Virus record (IMG/VR): IMGVR_UViG_3300020187_000010
DNA: 64,000 nt
Direction: 5' to 3' (one strand)
DNA from: a virus
The notes under the pieces were generated by a model. It was given only the letters and a program-made list of their open reading frames with translations, ran no database searches and was not told where the DNA came from. Position numbers and translations under genes: made by a program. This document shows positions 1 through 9,166 of this stretch, one piece after another (positions within the stretch are counted from its first letter, which is position 1; every line of letters starts with the position of its first letter).

Positions 1-48
1 AGCGATATGGAGTCCAAGGTTTCCTTCTAGATAATGTGAGTTTGCCAT
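1..48 (-). CDS. 5' end of a gene running off the window (MANSHYLEGNLGLHIA...)
   Basis: ATG at 48-46, immediately after the stop of the 432-aa ORF; frame open to the window edge. Confidence 0.5.
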   Translation of the reverse strand, partial: MANSHYLEGNLGLHIA

Positions 49-49
49 T

Positions 50-1348
50 TTATTGTACCTTTAGGTGTACCGCAGATAGCGGACTTTGTGATTTTGCTAT
101 ACGGAATAAATAATCCATGAACTGTTGTTCGCGACCTTGTATCATTATGAAAATAGAAGTCACATAATACTTTGAGACTAACCACTCGGTGGTAACACCT
201 TCTAGATTCTTTTTAAAGGTTTCTTTGTCTACTGGTCTATCGACTGCACCGTCATAGAATCCATAGAATTTGTCTAGGAATGCATCCCTATCTTTCTTGA
301 TGGACGACTCAAGATCCTTACGATTCTCGGTCTTATCACGAGTTGTTGCATATAGAGCCGCATCAATACCACCATGAGACACCTTACCGTGTTTAGCAGC
401 CTTACCGATAATCTCGCACTGGAAGGTAGGGAAGGTTCGGAACTGCATCTCAATACCACCGTCACCAAACAAGTAACCATCTTTGGACTTGAAGAAATCC
501 CTCTTACCATAAGATGACTTGGTGAACTTTGCACCTTTGAATGGTTTCTTATAGTTAACTTGGGCAAGTCTACCTTTACCAGTCAATTTCTTCAACGACA
601 CACCGATGATATCACGTGCAGCAAATGCTTTCATCAACTCGTTGTTCAGGTATTCCAGAGACTTTGCACCCTCTATATCATACTTGTTCTCTGCACCCTT
701 TGCGACCATGTAGATGTCCGCAGGAGACCATTTGTTGATATTACCGAATGCTTTCTGGACGCGATTCAGTTCTTTGAACTTCTTCTCTACTATCTCAACC
801 CAACCAGATCCTCGATGGAAACTGTATTGTTTTTTACCTAGAGCTTTGTGAAGAAGTCTTGCAATATCAATAGAAGAAGAGATCCACGACTCATCACCCA
901 GAAGAACTTCGTCTAGGGATGCATCGGTATGGGTTTTTGGATATGCGTTACGTATATCGTCCGCACTGAACTTAGTTGTCCGGTTATCCCAGACGGCTTG
1001 AAGATATACACATTGTGCAGATTCGGTTGCACGAGTATTGGCGGCACCACCACCAGAACCACGACCACCACCAAACTCGGTGGTCTTTGATAACTTACCG
1101 AAGGCAAGTTTGGTTCCGTCTAGTGTTTCTAAACCAATCGACTGTGCGAGTTTAGAGTTCTGTGAGAGGATTGCTTTCTCAATCTCTGCATTGTATTTGA
1201 ATACTACTTGGTCACCCGAAGTCAATTCAAAAGGTTCATTACCCTTATACTTACGTAAGAAGATATCAACACGAGCAGGTCTATCTTCTCGTGTCAATTC
1301 TCCGAAGGTCAGTGATGCCTCCGATAAAAAGGTTCCAAACCCTATCAT
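50..1348 (-). CDS. putative internal head protein with PD-(D/E)xK nuclease-like motifs
   Basis: N-terminus FGTFLSEA resembles T4 capsid-targeting/gp21 cleavage sequences; WSPADIY...GVSLKK motif; late promoter upstream. Confidence 0.5.
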   Translation of the reverse strand: MIGFGTFLSEASLTFGELTREDRPARVDIFLRKYKGNEPFELTSGDQVVFKYNAEIEKAILSQNSKLAQSIGLETLDGTKLAFGKLSKTTEFGGGRGSGGGAANTRATESAQCVYLQAVWDNRTTKFSADDIRNAYPKTHTDASLDEVLLGDESWISSSIDIARLLHKALGKKQYSFHRGSGWVEIVEKKFKELNRVQKAFGNINKWSPADIYMVAKGAENKYDIEGAKSLEYLNNELMKAFAARDIIGVSLKKLTGKGRLAQVNYKKPFKGAKFTKSSYGKRDFFKSKDGYLFGDGGIEMQFRTFPTFQCEIIGKAAKHGKVSHGGIDAALYATTRDKTENRKDLESSIKKDRDAFLDKFYGFYDGAVDRPVDKETFKKNLEGVTTEWLVSKYYVTSIFIMIQGREQQFMDYLFRIAKSQSPLSAVHLKVQ

Positions 1349-1388
1349 ATCTATTTCCTAAAAAGTGAATATAAACAAATTATAACAC

Positions 1389-1396
1389 TATTTATA
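1389..1396 (-). promoter_or_regulatory. T4-type late promoter TATAAATA
   Basis: Exact TATAAATA about 40 nt upstream of ORF 50-1348, overlapping the stop of the upstream gene. Confidence 0.75.
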
Positions 1397-2108
1397 CAAA
1401 AAGGGAAGTAGAATTTTCCTCATTATATTGTGCAATAGTGTCGATCAATGGACGAACCCAGTTGTCTCGATGTTCAATAAACACTTGAGGTTCATGTTGG
1501 TCTACTGAGATTATAGTAACCAACTGAGTGATAGGTTGACCAGTACGTTCTTCCCACATGATTGCATACGCAGCTTCTTGCATGAAGTAGTTCTTAATCC
1601 AGTCAAGACGTTTAGGTTTCATCGAAGTTTTGTAATCGATGATTGACGGTTTACCATCAAAGATACCCACGCAATCCACACGACCCGCAACACCCAAATG
1701 ATTAGAGTATAGTGGGGCTTCTTGTGCGAAGACCTTGGTCAAACGTTCATCCAGTATTGGTTTCAAATCAAGAAACGATTGGATGAGGTCAGGAGTACGC
1801 TTGGTCAACTTCATTTCCCCATTGTCGGGGTCGATTGCCATGTACTTGTCCCAATCAGGGTCATTGTTAACATACTTCTCACAGATTTCGTGAACCGAGG
1901 TACCACGCGTAGATGCACGATAAGAGACACGATTCGCCTCTGCCTCACCTACACGTTTACGCCACTTCGCAATACTGTCACGTGACAGAATCGAAAGGAC
2001 TGTAGTGATAGAGGGAAGGTTGATACCTTCGGGTGTCATATATTTGCGACCAGTATCAGTGGTCACGGCATTCATTTCAGTCAATTCGACCGGTACATGT
2101 TCAAACAT
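1392..2108 (-). CDS. PD-(D/E)xK exonuclease (Cas4/MGME1-like phage exonuclease)
   Basis: LPSITTVLS, RGTSVH, AGRVDC, IIDYKTS and QEAAYA motifs; start placed at MFEH (the ORF track starts at 2141). Confidence 0.85.
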   Translation of the reverse strand: MFEHVPVELTEMNAVTTDTGRKYMTPEGINLPSITTVLSILSRDSIAKWRKRVGEAEANRVSYRASTRGTSVHEICEKYVNNDPDWDKYMAIDPDNGEMKLTKRTPDLIQSFLDLKPILDERLTKVFAQEAPLYSNHLGVAGRVDCVGIFDGKPSIIDYKTSMKPKRLDWIKNYFMQEAAYAIMWEERTGQPITQLVTIISVDQHEPQVFIEHRDNWVRPLIDTIAQYNEENSTSLFV

Positions 2109-2229
2109 CATCATTATCCAATAGTTGTTTATCAATGTCATCGAGTTCTCTCAATAACTTATACACCAAGTATAACACATACGCGACAGGAATACAACTA
2201 ATAATTAACGCGGTATACAAAATACTCAT
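2101..2229 (-). CDS. small membrane protein
   Basis: MSILYTALIISCIPVAYVLYLVYK hydrophobic helix; overlaps neighbouring start/stop codons. Confidence 0.55.
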   Translation of the reverse strand: MSILYTALIISCIPVAYVLYLVYKLLRELDDIDKQLLDNDDV

Positions 2230-2486
2230 ACAAATTCCTTCAGTAGTGCGGATGCTAACAGTACAGTCATACACACATTCAAAATAATCAGTGCACGGTC
2301 TTTCCACATCACTGACACCCACAACCAAAGCAAGGTACCGAGTAAACCGAAGGACAGGTCAAAATGTCGGAACTCGACACCTGCATTACGGAATATCACC
2401 GAGACCAAGATGATTATGGTTGCGGCCCACTTGACATACCAGTCTATACTGTTTTGGTTATACCATTTTACATTATTTTTTTTCAT
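2226..2486 (-). CDS. small three-helix membrane protein (DUF6552-like)
   Basis: DWYVKWAATIIIL...WLWVSVMWKDRALIILN pattern. Confidence 0.65.
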   Translation of the reverse strand: MKKNNVKWYNQNSIDWYVKWAATIIILVSVIFRNAGVEFRHFDLSFGLLGTLLWLWVSVMWKDRALIILNVCMTVLLASALLKEFV

Positions 2487-2658
2487 TTGTCAACCATTCA
2501 AAGTGTCCATTGGACGGATTAAACTGTGCACATTCGGTTGCAGCTGCATCGAGTCGCCAAGAACTTTGTATAGAAGTAGAACCAACCATCGAACCCATTA
2601 CGAAACTTATTAATATTACAACAATAAACGGTACCGTTTTCATATAATCAATTGTCAT
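2473..2658 (-). CDS. small membrane-anchored hypothetical protein
   Basis: N-terminal hydrophobic segment; tightly packed in the operon. Confidence 0.55.
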   Translation of the reverse strand: MTIDYMKTVPFIVVILISFVMGSMVGSTSIQSSWRLDAAATECAQFNPSNGHFEWLTNEKK

Positions 2659-3287
2659 TATAGTTTTTCCCTCATATTTTCCATACGTTGTTTACTTGCT
2701 AACCAATTATCAAAGGACATTGGTTTACGTGCTTCACCAAAGGAGAGTCCCTTACGTTTGAACTCATTCTTTAGAATCTTTTTCTCATTCGCACCCATGA
2801 AGGTACCGACCAAACTCACTAGACATTGACGGAACGAACGTCCGTGATGCATATGACCGAGACAGTGCGCAAGTTCATGGAGCAGGATGTATTTATTGAA
2901 TCCGGTGATAGGACATAGGGTAACAGTCTTACCGTCAGTGTATCCGGATAGTCTTTTCTTGGTATCTCGCATCTCGACAATTTGGGGTCGTGGGTTAAAC
3001 ATGAGACTGACATCAGTCTCAATCGCCTTCTCCCACAACTTCATCCAAGTCTTTGACTTGTAGATCTTACTGGAGAACTTGGTTATCTCGGCAATATCAT
3101 TGAACTCAAGAGTATTGACTTGACGCATAAACAGGTTCTCTGCCTTATAAGTCTTTTCACGTTCAGAGTCTCGTGAGGATGCACCTTTGTTTTGTTTATT
3201 TTTATGTTTTCTCAGGTACTGATTGTACTTGTATTCTTCGGAATCATACGTTGGATAATCGAAATAATTATAGTCCGACATGATCAC
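2658..3287 (-). CDS. HExxH zinc metallopeptidase-like protein (SprT-like)
   Basis: ILLHELAHCLGHMHHGRSF motif. Confidence 0.7.
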   Translation of the reverse strand: MIMSDYNYFDYPTYDSEEYKYNQYLRKHKNKQNKGASSRDSEREKTYKAENLFMRQVNTLEFNDIAEITKFSSKIYKSKTWMKLWEKAIETDVSLMFNPRPQIVEMRDTKKRLSGYTDGKTVTLCPITGFNKYILLHELAHCLGHMHHGRSFRQCLVSLVGTFMGANEKKILKNEFKRKGLSFGEARKPMSFDNWLASKQRMENMREKL

Positions 3288-3465
3288 CTCCAGTCATATT
3301 AACCCAAGCATACGCAGGGTTTTCACAAAACATACCTATCTCATCAAAGCCTAGGATACAGAAACCGTCATCAATAGGATTAGTACCTACTTCATACTCG
3401 ACTAACTCATAACCAGACTTGAAGGTCTGAACGTTTTTGATGTCATCAATAAGGATAGTTTTCAT
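3268..3465 (-). CDS. hypothetical early protein
   Basis: First ORF after an early promoter cassette, with a GAGAG RBS. Confidence 0.65.
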   Translation of the reverse strand: MKTILIDDIKNVQTFKSGYELVEYEVGTNPIDDGFCILGFDEIGMFCENPAYAWVNMTGGDHVGL

Positions 3466-3473
3466 AATATATT

Positions 3474-3528
3474 CTCTCTCAACTCAATTCTTACAGCCAT
3501 TATCTCATATTAATAACAAGAATGCAAG
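3474..3528 (-). promoter_or_regulatory. early promoter cassette, copy 1
   Basis: TTGCAT-17-GATAAT with TATGAGATAAT, followed by AATTGAGTTGAGAG; one of four copies. Confidence 0.8.
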
Positions 3529-3564
3529 GGAATAGTTATTTATATTACGAATATTCGTCATTCA

Positions 3565-4704
3565 TCATATGAATGCATTAACGAGAAAATTACCATCGAT
3601 GCGGATATCATCTACAAACCCTTGGGGAATATTCTCATCACATATCAGCAACCCAATTTTATTGTCAGTAGATTTACCTCTCATCATCAAGGACACACGA
3701 TACGCATCATCAATTATATCGAGTCCGCAGGGTATCGCGACATTATGTTTTAGGTGTAGATCGAATGGGTATGGTGAGTCCGGTTCTCTTGGCATCACGA
3801 TCATCTTATTCACATCTACCGGAAAGGACTCACCGATTATCTCGGGATGACCAGACATGGCCATCAACCACTCATCTCCCGATACGAAATATGGTACACT
3901 ATTGGTCTGTGAAGGTCTGACATTATTCTCACAGAAGTACCACTCACCGTCCTTAATGAAACCAGTCAGTTGTCCAATGTACGAGGATCTACTGCATTGT
4001 GCGGATGCCCAGTCCAGATACTTCTTTGCATTATCCAATACCAGATCATTATCATCTTTGGATAGTTTCCTGAAACTGGAAGTACAAGTCCAGTGTATTA
4101 ATCGATTCGACATCTTTCCGAGGTCTTCTCCGATCTTTTGTTGGGTATGCAGTATAGACCATTTGCCGTGAGACATTATATAATCAACATTGGTCTCTAT
4201 AGTATCAGTAAGATACTCTTCAACATAGAATGAATCGTTATCAAAGTTTCTTAGAGATTCTTCGGTCAAACATATGTTAACACGGTCAAATCCCTTTTTG
4301 GTGACTATTGGTTTTATGACACAGGGAGCAGTGGGTTTAGAGAGTATCTCAGGAACCTTTATTCCTAACTTCTTAACCTCACATCTGGTCATCCATTTAT
4401 GGGTTTCTAACCTAGAGGATCGTGGAGTCAGTCCGATATACTTTAATTTGTGTTGGTATGTATTGATCATGTCGATAGTAGGATCTGTCGATATCATCAC
4501 ATCTATAGACTCGGACTCGATGAAATTGTCCAATACACTTTGACGATCAATGTCCACTATTTGAATACCCAACTCCTTATAGAAAGTCGTGGGGCACAGT
4601 TCGTATTTCTCGGATGTCAGTACATATACTTTGTGTCCATCTTCTACCAATGATATGAGATTGTGAAAGTTACACAACCCATAGTCGATACACAGTATCT
4701 TCAT
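3565..4704 (-). CDS. ATP-grasp ligase, PurD/GARS-like (paralog 1)
   Basis: SRLETHK..R...LGIKVP, CVIKP, YVEEYL and LTGFIKDGEWYFCENNVRP align with ATP-grasp/PurD motifs. Confidence 0.7.
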   Translation of the reverse strand: MKILCIDYGLCNFHNLISLVEDGHKVYVLTSEKYELCPTTFYKELGIQIVDIDRQSVLDNFIESESIDVMISTDPTIDMINTYQHKLKYIGLTPRSSRLETHKWMTRCEVKKLGIKVPEILSKPTAPCVIKPIVTKKGFDRVNICLTEESLRNFDNDSFYVEEYLTDTIETNVDYIMSHGKWSILHTQQKIGEDLGKMSNRLIHWTCTSSFRKLSKDDNDLVLDNAKKYLDWASAQCSRSSYIGQLTGFIKDGEWYFCENNVRPSQTNSVPYFVSGDEWLMAMSGHPEIIGESFPVDVNKMIVMPREPDSPYPFDLHLKHNVAIPCGLDIIDDAYRVSLMMRGKSTDNKIGLLICDENIPQGFVDDIRIDGNFLVNAFI

Positions 4705-5846
4705 TAAACCAGTCGAGTAGTGATTGTGAAATTGCCATCCGAAACAATATCATCCACAAACTCTTGAGGTATAATACGGTCGCATATAACTATACCAATT
4801 TTTCTATCACGTGACCTATGCTTGAAAGTATCAGCTATTCGATATACACCATCGACCAGATCAAGACCACAAGGAATTGATACATTATGTTTTTCATGTA
4901 GATGGAATGGATATGGAGAATACTCCTCCACAGGCATAACAATCATCTTCTGTGCGTCATTAGGAAAGGCGTCTCCTAATATTTCCGGTTTGCCTCGCAT
5001 CGCTTCGAGGAAGTCATTTCCCGATATGAAAATCGGTAGACTATTAGTTTGTTCTGGTCGCACATTATTCTCACAGAAGTACCAAACACCATCTTTTAAC
5101 AGTCCGGTAAGTTGACCCACATACGAAGATTCCGTACATTCCTTTGAAGCCCAGTCGAGATATCTTTTTGCCCACTTTAAGACTATCTCATTGTTCTCTG
5201 GAGAGAGATGTTTGAAACTTGAAGTTCGTGTCCAATGAGTAAAGTTTCCTGCTACCTTGGCGACATCTTCTCCGAGTATCTCTTGGGTATGTAAGATAGA
5301 CCATTTACCCTTTGCAATCATATATGCAACATTGGTCTCTACAGCACCTTCAATGTATTCTTCGACATAACACTCTTCATATCCAATTCGATCCAGTTGT
5401 TTCTGAGTAAGACATATTCTGGCAGTGTCATTCACAATTCCACAAATGTTAGGTTTGACGACACAAGGTGCTATTATATCCTTTCCAGTTAATATCTTAG
5501 GTACCTTTATACCAAGACCCCTGACATTATTTCGAGTCTTCATTTTATCAATTTCTAATTTATTGACTCTTTTAGTCAAACCAAGAAATTCTGCATTCTC
5601 AGAGAATCTTTCGCAAGAAAGACTCGGATTAGTTGATATTACAATATCAGGTTTATTCGACTTCACCCATTTATCAAGAACGCTATCTTTATTGATGGAT
5701 AGAACTTCCACCCCCAAACTCCTGTAATATTCTACAGGTAGATTAAAGAACCCCGAGACAATAACAACCTCATGACCATCTTCAACTAAAGATATTACAT
5801 TATGGAAGTTACACAGACCAAAGTCTATACATAGTATCTTACTCAT
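4704..5846 (-). CDS. ATP-grasp ligase, PurD/GARS-like (paralog 2)
   Basis: Same motifs (KLEIDK, CVVKP, YVEEYIEG, FCENNVRP); colinear paralog of 3565-4704. Confidence 0.7.
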   Translation of the reverse strand: MSKILCIDFGLCNFHNVISLVEDGHEVVIVSGFFNLPVEYYRSLGVEVLSINKDSVLDKWVKSNKPDIVISTNPSLSCERFSENAEFLGLTKRVNKLEIDKMKTRNNVRGLGIKVPKILTGKDIIAPCVVKPNICGIVNDTARICLTQKQLDRIGYEECYVEEYIEGAVETNVAYMIAKGKWSILHTQEILGEDVAKVAGNFTHWTRTSSFKHLSPENNEIVLKWAKRYLDWASKECTESSYVGQLTGLLKDGVWYFCENNVRPEQTNSLPIFISGNDFLEAMRGKPEILGDAFPNDAQKMIVMPVEEYSPYPFHLHEKHNVSIPCGLDLVDGVYRIADTFKHRSRDRKIGIVICDRIIPQEFVDDIVSDGNFTITTRLV

Positions 5847-6210
5847 CTTCGCCTTTTAATAATCCAGTTGACCATCTTATAGGTTTGCCATGGTGTTCTT
5901 CGAATTGACGTATCAGTTCTTTGTATGTATTTAGAATTTCATCTTCTCTATTGTCCAACCAATCACTGAACTCATTCCAATCTTCGGTAAGCATTGGAGC
6001 AACACTGTATTCGCCCCAACCATTGTAATTTTCTTCTTCGTCCAGACCACGTATGTCGATGCGGCCGCATGAATAAGATTCAAGAAAGTGTTTATACTTT
6101 GCCTTCGGTAGTATCTTACCAGAAGTTTCTCTCCACTCGAAAGGTATATTATTATCTTCATACCAACGAGTAGATACTGGCCCCATCCAGTTTGTACTAT
6201 AGTTTATCAC
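5839..6210 (-). CDS. hypothetical protein
   Basis: 123-aa ORF overlapping both neighbours. Confidence 0.7.
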   Translation of the reverse strand: MINYSTNWMGPVSTRWYEDNNIPFEWRETSGKILPKAKYKHFLESYSCGRIDIRGLDEEENYNGWGEYSVAPMLTEDWNEFSDWLDNREDEILNTYKELIRQFEEHHGKPIRWSTGLLKGEDE

Positions 6211-6538
6211 TTAATAACTCCGACCAATCAGTATCTTCGGGCATCAGTTGAATCTGACCTTTGAATTTCTCGTTCTCTTTTAGTTGGTTGTAGATACCAA
6301 CAGTGGCCATTGACAACCCATATCCAACTTTATGACAGTGATACATCGAACCACTTTCACCATAAAAGTCTACAGTATTCTCTCTCTCAAAAACCGATGT
6401 GATTCCGGAGTTCATACGCCAAGAGTCTCCGTAAATATAACTACCACTCCATCCACCAAGAACTTTGTAAAATGGGAATGTCCCTTTACCTTCTTTAATC
6501 TTTAGAACGACCCATCGGTCAGGTGTATATTCACTCAT
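6197..6538 (-). CDS. conserved phage hypothetical protein
   Basis: YTPDRWVVLKI...GGWSGSY..GDSWRMNSGI pattern typical of large phages. Confidence 0.7.
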   Translation of the reverse strand: MSEYTPDRWVVLKIKEGKGTFPFYKVLGGWSGSYIYGDSWRMNSGITSVFERENTVDFYGESGSMYHCHKVGYGLSMATVGIYNQLKENEKFKGQIQLMPEDTDWSELLSDKL

Positions 6539-6702
6539 TGTACAGCCTCTTCTAATTCAACAACATACTTTTTCAGGTCAGCGATTTCCCATTCCAACTC
6601 TTGAATATACTCTTCGACTATCTCACGTTCACACAGAGTCTTACAACAAATAGAAATCTGTTGCTTTGCTCTTACTTCCAAACTTTTCTCGCCACGTTTC
6701 AT
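6535..6702 (-). CDS. small coiled-coil hypothetical protein (55 aa, not in the ORF track)
   Basis: MKRGEKSLEVRAKQQISICC...VVELEEAVQ fills the gap between neighbours, with an ATGA overlap. Confidence 0.6.
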   Translation of the reverse strand: MKRGEKSLEVRAKQQISICCKTLCEREIVEEYIQELEWEIADLKKYVVELEEAVQ

Positions 6703-6704
6703 AA

Positions 6705-6932
6705 TCATTTACTCCCCGGCCATCCACTATCCCATTCACCAAATATTTCTGGTGCCTGTTCTGAAGCTCGTAACATATAGTATTCGCCTGGATAATGTTT
6801 CAGACAACTATATGCTTCTTTTCTTATGGTCTTTGGTACACGTGGAGTCTTCTTAGGATCCATTAGATCAAGTAAGAACTCACGAGTACGGTTAACCGCA
6901 TTACGTCTTTCATTAGGCATTGTCATGATCAA
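6705..6932 (-). CDS. BPSL0761-like small protein
   Basis: MTMPNER..AV..TREFL..L......PRVP..IR..A...LKHYP pattern. Confidence 0.7.
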   Translation of the reverse strand: MIMTMPNERRNAVNRTREFLLDLMDPKKTPRVPKTIRKEAYSCLKHYPGEYYMLRASEQAPEIFGEWDSGWPGSK

Positions 6933-7123
6933 TAACCACCTTTATTAAACCATCCATTACCCTTGAGTTGAAATCCACCACTCTGAGTAATCACTTTCAC
7001 TTGTTGAGTATCTTCGTCACAGACCGTGCACGGAAGTTTCATCTCCCGTTCGGTCTCACTCATACTCATACGAACATCTGTAACGACATCACATTTTTCA
7101 CACTTGTAACTATAGGTCGGCAT
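6929..7123 (-). CDS. FmdB-family zinc-ribbon protein
   Basis: MPTYSYKCEKC...CTVC...FQLKGNGWF. Confidence 0.85.
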   Translation of the reverse strand: MPTYSYKCEKCDVVTDVRMSMSETEREMKLPCTVCDEDTQQVKVITQSGGFQLKGNGWFNKGGY

Positions 7124-7382
7124 CAATTTTCCCACGTCTATGATATTCTGAACAGACCGATTCAAACGTGTGAAACAATCTATCGAACTTTAACTCGTAC
7201 AGTTCTTTGACTGCGAAGTATTTATTCATCATCGCATCAGACGCTTCGGGACTGAAGTGATGTCCACCCCATTCCGGACTATCTACGAAATGTGTTGTTA
7301 TCATATCAAGATCATCAATAATCGCCCATGCTTGCATGATTTGTTGTTCTAAATCAAATATAGGATCTTTAAGTTTCATCAC
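7110..7382 (-). CDS. hypothetical protein
   Basis: FDLEQQIMQAWAI..DL pattern; tightly packed. Confidence 0.7.
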   Translation of the reverse strand: MMKLKDPIFDLEQQIMQAWAIIDDLDMITTHFVDSPEWGGHHFSPEASDAMMNKYFAVKELYELKFDRLFHTFESVCSEYHRRGKIDADL

Positions 7383-7538
7383 TTATCCTCCGTACCAATC
7401 CAACACTAAACGAAACGCCAGAAGATATTCTTCATTGTCCGCATCGTGTTCTTTTTCTAAATCGTCAATATGTTGTTGCAAATCCGCAATAACAATCTCA
7501 TCGGTTTTTTCGTGGTTTAACTCTACTTCAATTTTCAT
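7383..7538 (-). CDS. small protein, distant paralog of 11207-11428 and 11689-11910
   Basis: Shares E..D.I....L..HI and AF.LVLD(W/Y)YGG. Confidence 0.65.
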   Translation of the reverse strand: MKIEVELNHEKTDEIVIADLQQHIDDLEKEHDADNEEYLLAFRLVLDWYGG

Positions 7539-7929
7539 TGCGTAACTCCAATTCTTTTTGCATACATTTTCTTCGGAGTGGACACACTCCACGCATCACT
7601 ACAACAGCCTCAAGATGTCCGGTATCCATATCTGCAATAGTTTTATACTGCAATGGTTGATCACCATCGATACCATATGTTCCCCACGTTAGAACATCAC
7701 GTTGAACCTCGTGTGGTTGGTCGTTATAGAGACTCATATCAATCTCATCACCATTAGCAGATCTACGAATATAATCTAAACCTCCATCCACCATGTATTC
7801 CTTACCGTTTGCATCGGTATGAGTCACGTAGTCATGACGACCACGTGATTCGATGATTGTACCATCAGGCGTTTGTATCGCATTACGAATAAGTTTCACT
7901 TCATGTTCTCCCGAGTATCCATCACTCAT
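7528..7929 (-). CDS. conserved phage hypothetical protein
   Basis: IRNAIQTPDGTIIES..RHDYV...YMVDGGLDYIRR...WGTYG. Confidence 0.75.
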   Translation of the reverse strand: MSDGYSGEHEVKLIRNAIQTPDGTIIESRGRHDYVTHTDANGKEYMVDGGLDYIRRSANGDEIDMSLYNDQPHEVQRDVLTWGTYGIDGDQPLQYKTIADMDTGHLEAVVVMRGVCPLRRKCMQKELELRNEN

Positions 7930-8894
7930 TATAGTGCCTCCGCAAATTCGATTGCTTTTGATACCGCAAGTTGTTTACGGTTTTGGTTAGAACCGAACCA
8001 TGCAGATGTCATACGTGAATCTGCTTCACGACCCATCTGGTGGTCAGTCAAGTAGGTTACACTGTTAAGTGCTTGCCACCATGAACCCACACCAAACTCT
8101 GCACCCGGCTGAGTTTCTAAGACATCAAATGCCTTCTGACCATTAGTAGTCAGGTCAGCATACGTTTTGACTTGTGGTGGGTTCTTACCTTGATAAGTAC
8201 GAGGGAATACTTCATTGTAATACTGAATCAAGTTCTCCATCTTGAACTGTTTACCCGCAAGGAATTGCGACAGTTCTTTGTACTGTTCGAACTTCTCGTG
8301 AGCAAGACCAAGAGTAGTCTTAACGTGATTCGCATCAAACGCACGGCGGTGATTCATCTTCGCACCATTGATTGCACGACCCTTCAGGGCATACGCAAGA
8401 GTGTTCATGCACGATACACGGATCGGAGTGAAACGGATGTCGATAGACTTACCGTATTCGTGTGGGTTAGAGAACAACAAGTAAGAGTCTACTTGGTCAC
8501 CCTTGAGAACATCAAAAGACTCATTGACCTTGGCAAGTGCCCAGACCATCTTACCGCCTTTCAGAGAACCGGCAGTGTCCATCTGCATACCACCTTCAAT
8601 GCAATACTCATTGAAGAACTCAAACGCAGTCTCGTTCTGACAAGGTTCCCAGTTACCACCAACTTGAGTGAGAACTTTATTGTCCGAAGAACGAACAAGA
8701 GCTTCCATACCGGTAGGGATCTTGTCACCGTTGTAGTCAGCATAGGTAGGAACCTTTTCTACCGACCAGTTACAACCTGCCTTCTCCATCATTTGACGTG
8801 GAGTCAGGTCACCAGAAACAATCTCACCGATACCCCAAGGTGAAGAACCAACAGAGGCAGTAGTCTCGATTTGTAAAATGTCATTCATACTCAT
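7929..8894 (-). CDS. DUF932 / phage-plasmid-like (TIGR03299-like) protein
   Basis: PCQN..AFEFF, TAGSLKGGK.VW.LA, FTPIRVSCMNTL, W.ALN.VT...DH. Confidence 0.85.
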   Translation of the reverse strand: MSMNDILQIETTASVGSSPWGIGEIVSGDLTPRQMMEKAGCNWSVEKVPTYADYNGDKIPTGMEALVRSSDNKVLTQVGGNWEPCQNETAFEFFNEYCIEGGMQMDTAGSLKGGKMVWALAKVNESFDVLKGDQVDSYLLFSNPHEYGKSIDIRFTPIRVSCMNTLAYALKGRAINGAKMNHRRAFDANHVKTTLGLAHEKFEQYKELSQFLAGKQFKMENLIQYYNEVFPRTYQGKNPPQVKTYADLTTNGQKAFDVLETQPGAEFGVGSWWQALNSVTYLTDHQMGREADSRMTSAWFGSNQNRKQLAVSKAIEFAEAL

Positions 8895-8918
8895 AATATA
8901 TACTCTCTATTTAAAATG

Positions 8919-8969
8919 TTAACTCAATTCAACAAGGACATTATCTCATATTCAGAACAAGTTGTCAAG
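8919..8969 (-). promoter_or_regulatory. early promoter cassette, copy 2
   Basis: TTGACA-17-GATAAT (TATGAGATAAT) followed by AATTGAGTT. Confidence 0.85.
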
Positions 8970-8986
8970 TCTTTTTTTCAAAATAA

Positions 8987-9166
8987 TTAAATAACTTTCA
9001 TCAACAGATTAACCGTCTTCAATATAGTAGCTTTGGTTTCCATATCACTTACAGCATCATCCATCTCAATCTCTAATCTGAGATCTTCTAATAGTTCACG
9101 TTTCTCATCGGTAGACAGTTCGTCTAACAATTGGATGTCTTTAATTCTTTGATCATAGTTTTCCAT
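8987..9166 (-). CDS. small acidic helical protein (59 aa, not in the ORF track)
   Basis: MENYDQRIKDIQLL...LLMKVI; TAATG overlap with the upstream lipoprotein gene. Confidence 0.6.
   Translation of the reverse strand: MENYDQRIKDIQLLDELSTDEKRELLEDLRLEIEMDDAVSDMETKATILKTVNLLMKVI

Noticed and set aside
1392-2108. Cas4-like nuclease as a sign of CRISPR-Cas
   Set aside because: No repeat-spacer array or other cas genes are visible; stand-alone exonucleases of this type are common in T4-like phages.
3537-3544. TATAAATA upstream of early cassette 1
   Set aside because: It sits in the AT-rich UP-element position of an early promoter and could be chance, so it is not called a late promoter.
3565-5846. 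Calling the ATP-grasp genes purD
   Set aside because: The N-terminal substrate loop and C-terminal domain differ from PurD and there is no purine operon context, so the symbol is withheld.
8172-8843. Long plus-strand ORFs here and at 52595-53239 and 60217-61071
   Set aside because: They are antisense shadows of well-supported minus-strand genes, with no recognisable motifs.
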